A DNA stretch of 64,000 nucleotides from Nemertoderma westbladi. Lineage: Eukaryota > Animalia > Xenacoelomorpha. This document shows positions 11,400 through 23,634 of the stretch, piece after piece (position 1 is the first letter of the stretch; each line of letters starts with the position of its first letter). The position numbers and the translations under genes are program-made. The notes beneath the pieces were generated by a model. The model was not told the origin of the DNA and made no database searches. It worked only from the letters and a program-made list of their open reading frames with translations. The stretch is from NCBI GenBank assembly GCA_032718475.1, contig JAUCBJ010001381.1, positions 1-64,000 on the forward strand, written 5' to 3'.

Positions 11400-14300
11400 T
11401 TAGTCTTTCTTACGCGGACGGCGTTTACGCAGTTTTTTGAGGCTAGCAAGAGTCCTTTTCTCTTTGGGGCAAGCCACTTTACTAGGAGGGCTGTAACTCC
11501 TGGGTGAAGGGTGCAATACAATTGCATCAGAAGGTTTAGGATTACGATCGGTGTATCCGCCGGTCGAGGTACCTGGTTGATCGATATCAACTTCAGTGGA
11601 GCGAGGTCTAACGGCCTTTAGGGCGCGTCTTAGGACAGCAGCTCCTACGGGTCCTTGACGGGTCGTCTGGACAATGGCGGTAGGCGGACCGTGAGTGGTG
11701 AGAAACTTCCTTGGTTTAATGGTTCTTTCCAGCTCACATTCTCGGGCTCGATATTCGTAGGGCCATCGAGATACTTCCTGTAACTCAGGGTGCGAGTTGA
11801 TAAATAAATCGCCATACTCAGGGTCTTGACGGATGTAATTGATCAAATGGTATGAAGTAATATCATTAGGATTGACGTTCCTAAGATATTTTCGAACAAA
11901 TTTGGTGGAAATACACTCACCAACACGCTTCATTAGTTCGTAACTCGGTGTGCGTGTTTTTTGTTCCACAGACGCGAATAAATAAGGATGGAACGAGTAA
12001 ACTCCCTCGTAAGAGCGTCCAGGGTAGTAGCGATGGCGGGACTCACAATGTAAATCCGCGTTCGCTTCCCAAGCTCGGATGTAGTGCAGGGTAATCATCT
12101 CATCTACGCTTTCTAAATCGCGGTTAAAGGGGCAATTATAACTGGCATGTCCCTTAAGTTGACAGTGGTGGCATTGGGTCATAAATTGGGGGCAGACTGC
12201 AAAAATATGCGAGTTATTAAGTCTGCAATACGCACAATAGATCTCCATCATCGGTTGTTCGTGGAAATAGGAGCAGGGTACGTCTGAGTCCATAGGGGTG
12301 AAATGGTCTCTCGATGTGCATAATCGACAACGTTTTCGAGAAACATAGTTGGCGTGTCGATAATCGTATGCGGTGAGACATTGTGGACCTTGATACCACT
12401 CCAAGACGTAATCGTTATCGCTGCTCCGGGGCGCTGTAGGCTGGATCGCTTCAGACTCTAAGCAGATTGGTTCGTCTTCCAATTGCATAGCTGAGGTAGG
12501 TGCGGCTGTCTCTGCAAGCGGACCCACTGTCTGAACTTCCACGACAGAATAACCCGTGGGTATTCGGGGTCTTTGTATAACAGATGAATGTAAGTTCTGT
12601 ATACAAACGTCCTGAAAGAGAGCAAATCCCGCGCTGTTTAGCTTCTCCGCAGCTGAGTCTCTTAGGCTGAGTTTGGTCAGAGCGCGGTCCTTGAACTGAC
12701 TATCAACGTTACGGAACGGAGTCAGAAAGCGCCTGAAACATTCGAAGCGGATGAATTTATTGTGTTCATCTAACTTGGCGAGTTTAGTTCCAAGTATTAA
12801 GGGATGGGCGCGTATGGTACTATTGCACACATCGGCTAGCCAACCGGCAAGTGCTGCGTTTTCAAAGATCGTGTATATAGCTAAGGAGGGACGAAGTGGA
12901 ACACTCATAAAGCTATACACGGCGCCAGGTGCGGTCAATGGTCCATCAAAGTATAAACGAGAATAATGATCTCCATATACTTGTTGGTAATTTATAGGAT
13001 TTCCAACCTTGAAATTCCATCTGTATTCTTGAAAGGCAAGATGTCCGATGGAGGTTCGTTGTACTTTAGTAATGCCGCTAGGTGTATTGGCATACATAGT
13101 GCGGAAGAAACCTCGGCCTTCTGACCAGGGAGCAATCAGCTGAGTATCCACGAAAGGGTATGGAATGTTCTCCATATTCCGAAAGTCGTTTTGTAGATCT
13201 CCATAAACAGCTGAGCCGATTTTAAGGATTCTTTCGTTAAACAACATCTCGAGCACGGGCTGGGGTAACATCGATCCATCGATACCCATGGCCGGTTTGC
13301 GCTCGGTGTCGGCAACGTAACGCTGCACGAGCTCGAATTGTCCATGTCGGAGTTTCTTTTGCGTCTCAGTAAGAGTTTCAAAAGAATAATCAATCACATC
13401 GGAACACGCTCGAGTAAATACGTGGGTAGAACCAGCGAGTCCTCGTATGTGTTTCATCCGTGTAGTTCCCAGTTCTCCAACCGGAACGCTACCTTCGTTG
13501 TCGTAGGTGACAACTCCATACATCTCGATAACGTTAAGAGTGTCATTCCACTCTTTAGTGGCGTTTTCGAGGGTCATTCCCACAGGATGCCACAAGGTAG
13601 CGCATTCGCTAGCATTAGGTAGGTCTCTATACTTTAAATATTGTGTGGTATATGTTTCCACATCTCCATATCGTTGTATTCTTTCCTCCTCGAATAACAC
13701 GTCAAGATTCCAGTGTACTAAACGAGTTTTGATGAATCCATCAAGATTATACGGAGGTATTGTTTCTTTCTCTATTCTGGAAACATTGTATGGTTTTCGA
13801 AATGAGTTTATTTTAACTAACTGATCCAGATGTTTATGCAGTTGTTCGAGTTCGACAAGATCGAGAGGATTTATGAGTGGTAGAAACCTCAGACTATGTG
13901 TAGGATCTTCCGGTTTTATCATGTAATATTGTGTTAGGTTGACGTAATAAGAGTGATCTTTGATCCCATAAAACGAGTCCGGTAAAGGTCTAGCGCGTAT
14001 GTTCACATCGTGTACCATGCGACGGACAAGATCCGCTCTATTGTCCGGAGGTTCAACGAGTATACCATCGACACGAGCGGCTTCGATGGGTGGACGTTGC
14101 AACATGGGAGCGTCAGCGATAAGATCTCTAGATCTTAGGTTGATATCAACCGGTTGGGGTTGTATCGTCGCAAAGAGTTTGTCTCCGAAATGGGGAACCA
14201 TCGAGGGATGAAGGATGGTTTTAGAGTAGAGATCCGTCATAAGGATTTGAGCTTCGGGTTTAGCTAAAGCTGCTTCTTCTCTCTCATCTATTTCTATATG

Positions 14301-15434
14301 TTTCTCCTCGAGCTGATTTTCCTCCGCTTGTTGTTGTAGACGCTCATCTAGGAACTCTTGTAAAGAGTAGGTTCGTCCACGTTCGATGTCCTCCTCGAGA
14401 TTTTGTACTTCTCTATCGAACTGGGGTAAAGCTAATTCCTTCACCGCTTGGACTTGTTGTTGCAATTTACGTTTCTCCAAACAATCGTAAGTTCCTTTTC
14501 CGATTTTCTGCCGAATAGCGTCTAACGCGTTTCGTACGACGCTCTCTTCGACTTCCGTAACGGGTTGTATCGAGGTGAAGCCGGGACGGTTGTGCGGGTT
14601 AAATGGCGATATTAGATGACCGCTTCCCAATCCAGCTAGGTAGGGTTGGCGAATATCTAGCGAGCCTACTACCGGAGTGCCACCAATCAACTGTTCGGGT
14701 AGCACTAGATCTTTGAACAGTGAGTACAGTTCGGGAGGATCCGTGATACTATTAGGATCAAGAGTCTGAGGTCTAACTGAGGAATGAGGAGGTCTGACCG
14801 AGTATTCCGGAACTCTGATCATTGGTTTATTCAAGGATCGTTTGAGCCGAGCGACCGTAGGTGATACGTCGAACAGGTTTCGCTCGAAACTCCCATAAGT
14901 ATATCGTGTAAAACTGTGTTTAGCGCAACGTCTCCGCGGATGTTTATGTCTTTCCGTTTGCTGATTGGGTCTAGGGCATTCGTCGCAGTAATACCAAAGA
15001 CGCACGTCCTGCAGGGGAAACGCGGGTGATCGTTCTCCAGTTTTACAATATTCCTCCATCTGTTCGAAGCTATCTGGGACGACAGGTAGCGGTCGATCGG
15101 CGGTAAGATACATCATAGTGAAATAGAGTCGTTTGAGTTCTATCATAGGATCATGATGTATACCTTGAGGATATCGAGTTTCGAGATTTTGTTGGCTGGC
15201 AATATTGAGATATGTCTCTCTCAGGAATTCCAGATAATCGTTGAAGTCGCTGGGTTTATCCGGCTCTTCAACGTCTTCCCTTTCGAGTTTGTTTCGAATA
15301 GAGTTCTCGTGTTCTATTCTCGGTTTATCGTTCCGACTCCGCTGGGTATGATATTTAAATAAAACCATTTCCCTTTCGGTATCTACATCGTCCGTATCGT
15401 TTAAATGAAAAATTATAACGTTCAATGACGTCAT
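11400..15434 (-). CDS. 1344-aa ORF: coiled coil, DEDDy-type 3'-5' exonuclease (WRN/EXD/RNase D-like), three CCHC-type zinc knuckles, basic NLS-like tail
   Basis: ExoI VVTYDNEG (~D645/E647). ExoII LPQPVLEMLFNERILKIGSAVYGD (~D746), then PFVDT. ExoIII-like PLRPSLAIYTIFE. Knuckles CRLCTSRDH..C, CAYCRLNNSHIFAVC, CHHCQLKGHASYNC. C-terminus KKLRKRRPRKKD. Confidence 0.8.
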   Translation of the reverse strand: MTSLNVIIFHLNDTDDVDTEREMVLFKYHTQRSRNDKPRIEHENSIRNKLEREDVEEPDKPSDFNDYLEFLRETYLNIASQQNLETRYPQGIHHDPMIELKRLYFTMMYLTADRPLPVVPDSFEQMEEYCKTGERSPAFPLQDVRLWYYCDECPRPNQQTERHKHPRRRCAKHSFTRYTYGSFERNLFDVSPTVARLKRSLNKPMIRVPEYSVRPPHSSVRPQTLDPNSITDPPELYSLFKDLVLPEQLIGGTPVVGSLDIRQPYLAGLGSGHLISPFNPHNRPGFTSIQPVTEVEESVVRNALDAIRQKIGKGTYDCLEKRKLQQQVQAVKELALPQFDREVQNLEEDIERGRTYSLQEFLDERLQQQAEENQLEEKHIEIDEREEAALAKPEAQILMTDLYSKTILHPSMVPHFGDKLFATIQPQPVDINLRSRDLIADAPMLQRPPIEAARVDGILVEPPDNRADLVRRMVHDVNIRARPLPDSFYGIKDHSYYVNLTQYYMIKPEDPTHSLRFLPLINPLDLVELEQLHKHLDQLVKINSFRKPYNVSRIEKETIPPYNLDGFIKTRLVHWNLDVLFEEERIQRYGDVETYTTQYLKYRDLPNASECATLWHPVGMTLENATKEWNDTLNVIEMYGVVTYDNEGSVPVGELGTTRMKHIRGLAGSTHVFTRACSDVIDYSFETLTETQKKLRHGQFELVQRYVADTERKPAMGIDGSMLPQPVLEMLFNERILKIGSAVYGDLQNDFRNMENIPYPFVDTQLIAPWSEGRGFFRTMYANTPSGITKVQRTSIGHLAFQEYRWNFKVGNPINYQQVYGDHYSRLYFDGPLTAPGAVYSFMSVPLRPSLAIYTIFENAALAGWLADVCNSTIRAHPLILGTKLAKLDEHNKFIRFECFRRFLTPFRNVDSQFKDRALTKLSLRDSAAEKLNSAGFALFQDVCIQNLHSSVIQRPRIPTGYSVVEVQTVGPLAETAAPTSAMQLEDEPICLESEAIQPTAPRSSDNDYVLEWYQGPQCLTAYDYRHANYVSRKRCRLCTSRDHFTPMDSDVPCSYFHEQPMMEIYCAYCRLNNSHIFAVCPQFMTQCHHCQLKGHASYNCPFNRDLESVDEMITLHYIRAWEANADLHCESRHRYYPGRSYEGVYSFHPYLFASVEQKTRTPSYELMKRVGECISTKFVRKYLRNVNPNDITSYHLINYIRQDPEYGDLFINSHPELQEVSRWPYEYRARECELERTIKPRKFLTTHGPPTAIVQTTRQGPVGAAVLRRALKAVRPRSTEVDIDQPGTSTGGYTDRNPKPSDAIVLHPSPRSYSPPSKVACPKEKRTLASLKKLRKRRPRKKD

Positions 15435-18400
15435 TAAGTTCGTCGTTATAGTCGTCTCGTTCTGATGGAAGAAGGAGCTGACATAAGTTCACTTGGTTTT
15501 GCCAAGTCTCGTTTTCCTTAAGGAGATCGATGGTATTCTCCTCATCGAAAAGTTGGTGGACATCGTCATTATCTGAGGAGTATGGTGTTCCCTCAGTTAG
15601 ATCATCTAACTCACTGCCCTCGACTTCCCATTCTCTCACTTGACATACCTGGTCTTTCGGTAATCTTTCCATGAGAGTTCTACGGGAAGGGCCAGTAAAG
15701 TACCAACCCACTCTAGTTCTTCCCGAATAAGCTTGTAGTGGTTGCGGTTGAGCGGGCCGTTTCTCCAATGTTTCGAGCGCTTCATGCGCGTTTTGACCGA
15801 TGAGTATTTGCACTCCAGGGTAATCGGTGTTGAATCTAGGTATTTCCAGCTGCTGGGTGAAATCGTCCTCATCCCAGTTATAAGGTTCCACTTGGGTGGT
15901 AGCGAAGTTCTTTATCGCCACCATTTTTACTGACCTTATACTATGTTCTCCTAGTTCATCCTGGGGGGTGGACAACGCACCTACATAATAATCCGCGATT
16001 ACTGTAGATTTCCAAACCTGCATAATTCCTGACATGTTTAAGCTTAGTTCGGAACTTGGGTTGTCCAGCAAAGATGTCTTCGGCTAGTTCTTTGTCGATG
16101 AATGTTCCTGTACTACCGGAGTCAAGGAATACATAACTCCTTTTAGGTCCGTGGACCCTTACCTGTACTACAGGAAATTCTCGGATTCCTACATTGGAAG
16201 GTGGCGCTTTCCAAGATGGTTGTCGATCAGAAGTAGTTAGGGTGAGGTCGCTGTCTGTGTCTTTTTCATACGTAAGTGCTCGATACACTGCGGTATTTAT
16301 CATGTAACAGGATTCACCTTCGTCGGAGAATTCGTCTGTATAGAATCCTTCCATCTCAGAACTTTGGTCAGTGTCGTTCACATCACTGAATTGGACATGT
16401 AGTTCGGAATCACTTACCTGACTCTGGCTGTTTCGCTCAAATTCAGTGTGCAACAAGATATGATGTTTCGCACCGCACTTTGCACACCTTGTGTCGGAGT
16501 AACAGGTTCGCCGTTGGTGTCCTTGTCTGAGGCAATTATAACACAACCGCTTATCCCACATGACTTCCCGTATCTCTGCTAATGATTTCTTCAGGAATTC
16601 ATCACACATATTCAAACGGTGGGTCCCGTCACATAGCGCACATTTCGGTTTGATGTTACTTACCTTATTTTGAATAACATTGTGCACACTCGTTCTTTCT
16701 TCGGGCTTTCTCACCTGAATTCTCTTAGGAGACGTAGGAGGAGTTTTTCTTACCTGTTCTCTCCTGTCATTGTTTCGAGACTTGAATTTACTTACCTGTT
16801 CTTTAGGCGTTTTATTGACATAATAAGATCTTTCAGTGTCTTTCCCGCTATCCTCTCCTTGAGAAGTCTGGCTTTCGCCGTCGTCTGTATAACACACTGG
16901 TGTTACCTTTCTCCTAGAAACGGGTTTCTCACTTACCTTGTTTTCCGGTGTCTTCTCTCTGGACTGTTTTAGGAGCTGTAATTTCACTTCTCCATCTAAG
17001 AATGACATGAGATCAGCCATGGTAGGGTCTCGTCGTTGTTGTTCCGTCATATATAACACTTTCTTATCCCAGCGTGTACCTACTCCACCCTTCGGTAAAG
17101 TAGAAGCCACGGCTCCAATAACCATAGAACTCTGATATTCATGAGACTTACCTAACCAATCTAATTGTCTACAGATCTCTTGAATCTCATCGGAAAACTC
17201 AATTATCCTGCTGCTAATGAACTTTCGGGGCGCTACTAATTTTGCATACAAATATTTAGCTATGTTATTCCTATTACCATACCTGATGTTTAGTGTATCC
17301 CAAACTTGTCTTAATCCGTCTGGATGTCCAATAAACTTTAACGCCATTAACTTGGGAGATCCTTCCAAGCACTCGATGAGGAATCTAAGTTTCTCTCCAT
17401 TAGATAGTACAGAGTTCTGTATGTTATCTTTATAATATTCATTAAAAGGTAACCATTTCATCTCATCTCCATTGAACTTGACTATCTCTCCCACCTTTAC
17501 CGCTTGACGGGCTTCGGTTCTAGCCATTTGACGCGTAAAACTTTCTTGGGCCATCGTGTTATTTAATATCGAGTTATCGGTATATAAATTTCTCGGATTA
17601 TGATCAGGTCTATAGGGAATATCATTATCAACAGGTCTATAATTACCCTTAATAGGGTTCACTATAGGAGTTTCTACTTCGCTAGCAGTATATATGCGTG
17701 TAGGCTCCACACCTTGCGCATGAGATACTTCAGACCTAACAGGTTGACACATTGTTACAGGGGGTGGTGGTATACCTCTTTGTGTATTTACTAATTTATC
17801 GCGTTCTAACGCGATACTTTGCTGCACTTCTTGCAACTCTAACCTACTTTCCCTTACTGTGCCCTTGAATTGCTGAACAGTCTCCTGCATCTGCCCGAGC
17901 AGGAGATCCATCCCCCTCGTCTCTCATCCACCCACTCGACCGCCGAAGCGGGAGCCGCCAACGTTGTAGCGGGCCGACGAGGGACAACGGGTGACAAATC
18001 ATTAATATTTCGCTCGGAGTCCAGGACATGAGCATTTACAAGGGTGGTTCTGTGTGGCACAGATAGCTTAGTGCTGTGCAGAGGGAATTTAGAGGTAGGT
18101 TCAGGGAGTACAGGTGTCTCTATCACCGAAGGGGTGGCTTCGGGAACAGGCCTAATTATTTCAGGCTCATCTACTATAGTAGGGAGTCTTTCTATTTCAA
18201 TTATTTGGTCTGTGGGTTCTGTACTACCTAAGTTTGTGTTATTTAGTTGCTTTCTAACAGCTGGGGGCAAATCCGGCAATTTCTGGCGGTGGGATATTCT
18301 TCTACGTCTGCTTAGACGAGATCTATTTCCTCCGCCTTCAGTATCGGTGGTATCGCCTTCCTCAGATGATGTATATCCCTGTCTTTTGGGAGTAGATCGA

Positions 18401-19829
18401 CTCATCATCTGCATATTACTAGCTGTTAACTGTTTATTGAAGTTGTCTTGCCTCTCTTGAAGATTTTCCAACTCTAGTTGGGTTGTCTCTTCAGATGCCC
18501 TCCGTTCTGCTTCTGCCACTGCCACTGCCGCTTTTCTTTCCACTTCGGCTGCTTTTCTTTCCGCTTCTGCCTCTGCCGCTGCCGCTTTTCTTTCCACCTC
18601 TACCGCCTTTCCTTCTGCTTCTGCCGCTGCCACTGCTGCTGCCACTGCCACTGTCTTTCTGTCTTCTATACGTTTTTTCTTTACTTGTTCTTCTTGAACC
18701 TTAGCGATGCGGATGCTTTCATTGAATTTTCTTGGTTCGCAGCTAACCTATCCACATCGATGGCGTCCAACACACGCTGGGCTCCTTCACTATTAGGGCT
18801 AAGTCCATCTAGCCTTCTCCTCAACTCTTCATCACCTAAAAAACGTTGATAGTCTGACAGATAGATGTCAATGGCATCCCTCTTATGCGGTTTCTCTGCC
18901 GTCGCTTCACTTTCCACTTGGGAAAATGTAGCGTCTGTTGATTCTCCATGGGTTGAGCGCTCATCCAGCTGAACTTTCCACTGAGCCGTTCCTTGAACCT
19001 GGAGACTCACCCGTTGAAACCAAGTCTTTACGGCAACTTGCAACAACGTGTCTTGTCTTCTTTTAGAAGCCTCCTCAAAGGCCGATAAGATTAGCCTGAT
19101 TCGTAGAATTCTTTCTCTAACTTGATAAAGCAGCTGTCCCTGCTCTTGAGGTCCTTGGGGTTGTTGAAACAGTTGTTCTTTTAGTCGCTCCATAGAGCTG
19201 AAGAATCCCTGTACATATCCTGCTGCTGACCTCTTCCACACAGCTGGATCGATGGTTTCTTTTGTTACCCCCATCCTATGTATGTCTTCCCAGGTAGCTT
19301 CCGATAAGTCAAACGGGAGTCCGGGTCTGGGGAAGTTCCATTGCGACTCGACAATAGACTTCAGTTCTTCCCTTGTGTATCCCGCATAACTATCCTTGGT
19401 CGATCACTTACTTCTCGCCCAATCAATCTGGTTTTCTTCCACCGCAATCAATACCCTAGTGAGTACGGCTGCAGGAAGGATGAGAAGGGGATCCAAATAA
19501 ACCGCATCCGTCATCTTTGCTCCGCACTCGGGTGTCAGCTCTACAGTATCCTCACTACTGGAGCTGTCGGGCCGTTGAGAAATAAGTTCTCGGCTCGCGG
19601 GTGGTTGCTGTTCCACTACTTCTTGGTCCCGCTTGACCTGAGCTCGAGTGCCTATGACAGACCTACGGTGTTGGACCAGCCTAGGTTCTGATATTACTAC
19701 TGGGGGAATGATCTTTCTTACAGTAGGAGGTGAGTTGAACTTCGGTCTAACACGTTCCACACTCCTGTCTGGGTCACATATGGTTGTATCTAGGAGACTG
19801 TCTGACAGGTTTTGCTTTGTGTCAGACAT
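15355..19829 (-). pseudogene. BEL-type gag plus aspartic protease, broken by one in-frame TGA and single-base frameshifts
   Basis: ORF pieces 19829-19404, 19274-18681, 18651-17854, 17911-15956 and 16071-15355 chain together: in-frame TGA at 19404-19406, shifts near 18725, 17913 and 16037. Motifs FNGDEMKW, EKLRFLIECLEG, triple Cys/His knuckle (CALC, CYNC, CAKC..HH), FLDSGS, VQILIGQ, TRVGW. Confidence 0.85.
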
Positions 19830-21156
19830 GTTGGTTTGTACAGTTGAATGCCTACTGCTATATTACAGTTTAAGCAAATCTAGTAATTCAGTATCACTGT
19901 TAGCCTAGTAATTAATTACCGATACTGCTACTCAGTGTAGCGTGATATATATATAATATATTAGAATACTGGTATGCTTATAGTATATATATAAGTATTA
20001 TTACAGACTAGGTTTGTCACAGAATACCGGTATGTAATTCCAGCACAAATATATATAAATATATAATAGGCCTATCGTGAATACCGGTATGCAGCTTACA
20101 CTTATAGTATATATAAGTATAATTATTAACTAGAATTAATTACAGAATACCGGTATAATTTCAGCCTAAAGTTTATAGAAATAAATATAATAAACCTATG
20201 GTAAATACCGGTATGTCAATTATTTTAAATAATTGAATTTCTGAATTTTTAGGGGTTACTTGGTTACTTTAATTTACTTTATTACCGTTATTTAAGCAGT
20301 AGTCCAACTGATATTTAGACCTAATTGATGTATTATTTATAAATCGTTTGAGTTGATTTATAATATATATATACCCGTTAAAATGGGTTTTTGTCAATAT
20401 TATTTGAAATAAATGTTATTATTTCTGGGGGGAGTCACTACACAGAAGCTGTGCGCTCTCAGTGGAGTGCTACTTGTTGGACACTAAAACAAATAATTCT
20501 AATTTACCTAAGTTACTTAATACTACAAATTACGTACAATTCGGGTGAGATTACAATCTCTAAATAAACACAAAAATTACAAGTACAAATTTTTAGGGTA
20601 ATTTTACAAGAAGTCTACTAACCAGCCTAACAAAGGGTTAGAATATCTGGTTATTACAACGGACAGGTTACTATGGTATTTGAAAATAATAAGTAGTAGT
20701 AAATATACTGCGTTGTCCAGATAGAAAAATACCACCGTCTGACGACTTATAGCCGTATCGCTATAAGTACTATGTTATGTATCACGGAGTGTTCCTACCT
20801 AGAAGTTAATTACCGCGGTCTACCAGAACCAACGTGCCTATTAACCACTTTACAACACAAATATACTGCCTACACACTAATCACCTTCGGAAAGCACTGT
20901 ACACTAAACCCTAAATTAGGTACAAGTACTTATACAACAAATAATCAGTAGTTAAAAATACTTGAACAGCTAAAAGAACCACGGTATCTGCCGGAGTGAC
21001 CAAAGCATAAAATCTCCAGTCTTTACCTACGCCAAGCAGCCCTGATGTAGTACCGGGGTTAGTTTAACTGTAACGGTATATATAACAAGCACAATTACTG
21101 TAGGAATAAACTTGGGGAATGAATGTTGCGAATAATCGCATAAACTCTGAATAATA

Positions 21157-23361
21157 AATATTACGCTGCGCGTACAGACTACTCAAACAAAATGCAGACC
21201 AAATGATGACAGACTACTATCAAGCCCAAACAAACTACGGTATATGCAGACTCCGAAATGGTTAGTTAGTATGCGTTCTAACCGAGTAGTACAACTTATT
21301 CTTTCGAGGGGGTTTACCTCACAGCTCTGGAAGCCCCTACGTTCCCAACTGGCACTTTATCGGACATACACTCTACACACACCGAAATCTCTCAAGACCT
21401 AACAACAGCCAGACAAAATCCAGCCTACAAATTATCTAAGTAAGAAATATTACGCTACCCGTACAGACTACACAAACAAGGTACAGACCAAACGCTGGCA
21501 GACTACTATCAAGCCTAAATAAACTACAATATATGCAGACTCCGAAATGGTTAGTTAGTATGCGTTCTAACCGAGTAGTACGACTTATTCTTTCGAGGAG
21601 GTTCACCTCACAGCACTGGCAGGAGGCCAAGTAAAAGTGTCTGAGTCTGTACTCCCAGATATTCCCATTGGCGATATCTCCTTTGCAGAAGTAAAGGCTG
21701 CTGCAAAGAGCATTAAGACCAATCGTGCCAGTGGAGTAGATGGTGTTCCCCCTGAGGTCTTTAAAATACCTGAGTGTTTAAAGCTCATCTATCCCATCAT
21801 AGTAGACATGTACCGTACAACAAGAGTCCCACAAGAAATGAAAACAAATAAGTTGGTGCCAGTTCCCAAGAAGGGCAACCTAACACTCTATGGTTCTTTT
21901 CGGGGAATCTCATTGATCTCGATTGCTGCAAAACTATACAATAGAATTCTATTAAATCGCATCAGGGATCCCATTGAGAGACTGCTACGTGGAAATCAGA
22001 ATGGGTTCCGTAAAGGTCGTGGGACCATGGAGCCCATTTTGGCACTTAGAAGGATAATTGAAGAATTATCAAAAAAGAAAGACAGGCATCTGGCTGTTAT
22101 CTTTGTTGACTTCTTCAAGGCCTTTGATTCAGTCTCTCGCTCACGTATGTTCAGCATACTTTCATTATATGGGATTCCTGATGAAATTATTGCAGCAATC
22201 AGATCAGTATACGATGGTTCGACAACATTTGTGTATACTGTTGATGGTGACACAGAACCATTTGAAGTGTTATGGGGCGTCCTCCAAGGAGACACACTTG
22301 CACCATTCTTGTTCATTATTGTGGTTGACTATGTTCTACGCATGTCCTTAGATCATCATAATGATGATGGGGTGATGATAACTCCACCTACTGGCTCCAG
22401 AAGTCGAGGAAATCCTGCCAAGTACCTAACTGATCTAGACTTTGCTGATGACTTAGGAGTACTCTCAGAATCATTAGAGGGAGCCCAGCGGCTCCTCAGC
22501 TCATTAGAACATGCTGCTTCTAGTGTTGGTCTTTTTATTAACTCCAGAAAGACCAAAATTCTGACAGTTAACTTTGAAAGTCCTCAGCAAGTCTCTGATC
22601 GGATGAGCATAAGCTCAAAGGATGGTATGCTTGAGCATGTGGACGACTTCTGTTACCTGGGATCATGGATCCGGAAGTCAGGTGAGGACCTTCGAATACG
22701 TAAGGGAAAGGCATGGGCAGCCTTGAATAGGCTTTGCAGGATTTGGAAGTCACCTAGAATTAATCGGAAACTTAAGGTCCGATTATTCAGAGCAGCAGTA
22801 GTTCCAGTACTCCTCTACGGGAGTCCATGCTGGGCTCTAACTGCTGAGAACACCAAATCTCTGGATGGCACATTCACAAGAATGCTACGCCGGGTACATT
22901 GTGTCAAGTACAATGCACACATCTCCAACCAGACACTATATAACATTGGAGGTGTCTCATTGGTTCCCCCAAGCTTGACACTAGAACAAAATCGCCTCCG
23001 CTTTGCAGGACATTGCTTTCGCCGTGAGGACCAGCCAGTGCATAATCTTGTACTTTGGCAGCCTCATGGAGTGAATAAGCATGGTGGACAGCCCATGACT
23101 TTCTTGAGACGCATCTTAAAGGACACTGGCCTTAAAGATGCGGATGATCTAGCAAATGTCATGGGTGATAGGGAGTTGTGGCGGTGCAATTTTGTTGACA
23201 AGCCGGCACAGCATTCTTAAAAATGCAGCTGCAATGCAGCATGCCGATCCTAGTAGCCCCTACTTTACTAACTAGTACTTTTTCGGACATATGCTCTACA
23301 CACACTACAGTCCCTTCAGACTTAACAACAGTCAGACAACAGTCTAGCCTACAAATTGTCT
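21157..23361. repeat. ~290-bp tandem duplication in the element leader; second copy split by a LINE
   Basis: Copy A is about 21157-21437. Copy B is about 21446-21622 plus 23257-23361. Confidence 0.85.
21623..23256 (+). mobile_element. 5'-truncated RTE-group LINE (RT domain and C-terminus), antisense inside the LTR element
   Basis: Uninterrupted 527-aa ORF 21637-23220 with PKKG, FRGISL, QNGFR, VDFFKAFDSV, QGDTLAPFLF, DFADD, YLGS, LLYG, RLRFAGHC. No endonuclease. It splits the duplicated leader unit at AG|CCCC. Confidence 0.9.
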
Positions 23362-23634
23362 GTACAATCTGAGCAGGCTTACACGCCTTCTGCTCAATAC
23401 TGGCCTACAAATAAATAAAACTGACAGAAATAAGTAAGCTCCAAAAGAAACAAGGGGTGTACAGTCCCTAATCTCTTAAACAGCCTACCGGTATACAATT
23501 TCACAATCGAATAATACTGCTGTACCTGTACTGCTGTAGGTACCGGTCCGGGTGGTTAGGTAGTCAGGCCTACTAGGTACCGGTTAACTGGTACTTCAGC
23601 TTTATTGCATACTGCAATACAGAAGCTATAAAAT

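Noticed and set aside
20739-20770. CTGACGA followed by a hairpin, hammerhead-like
   Set aside because: There is no GAAA after stem II and no stems I/III.
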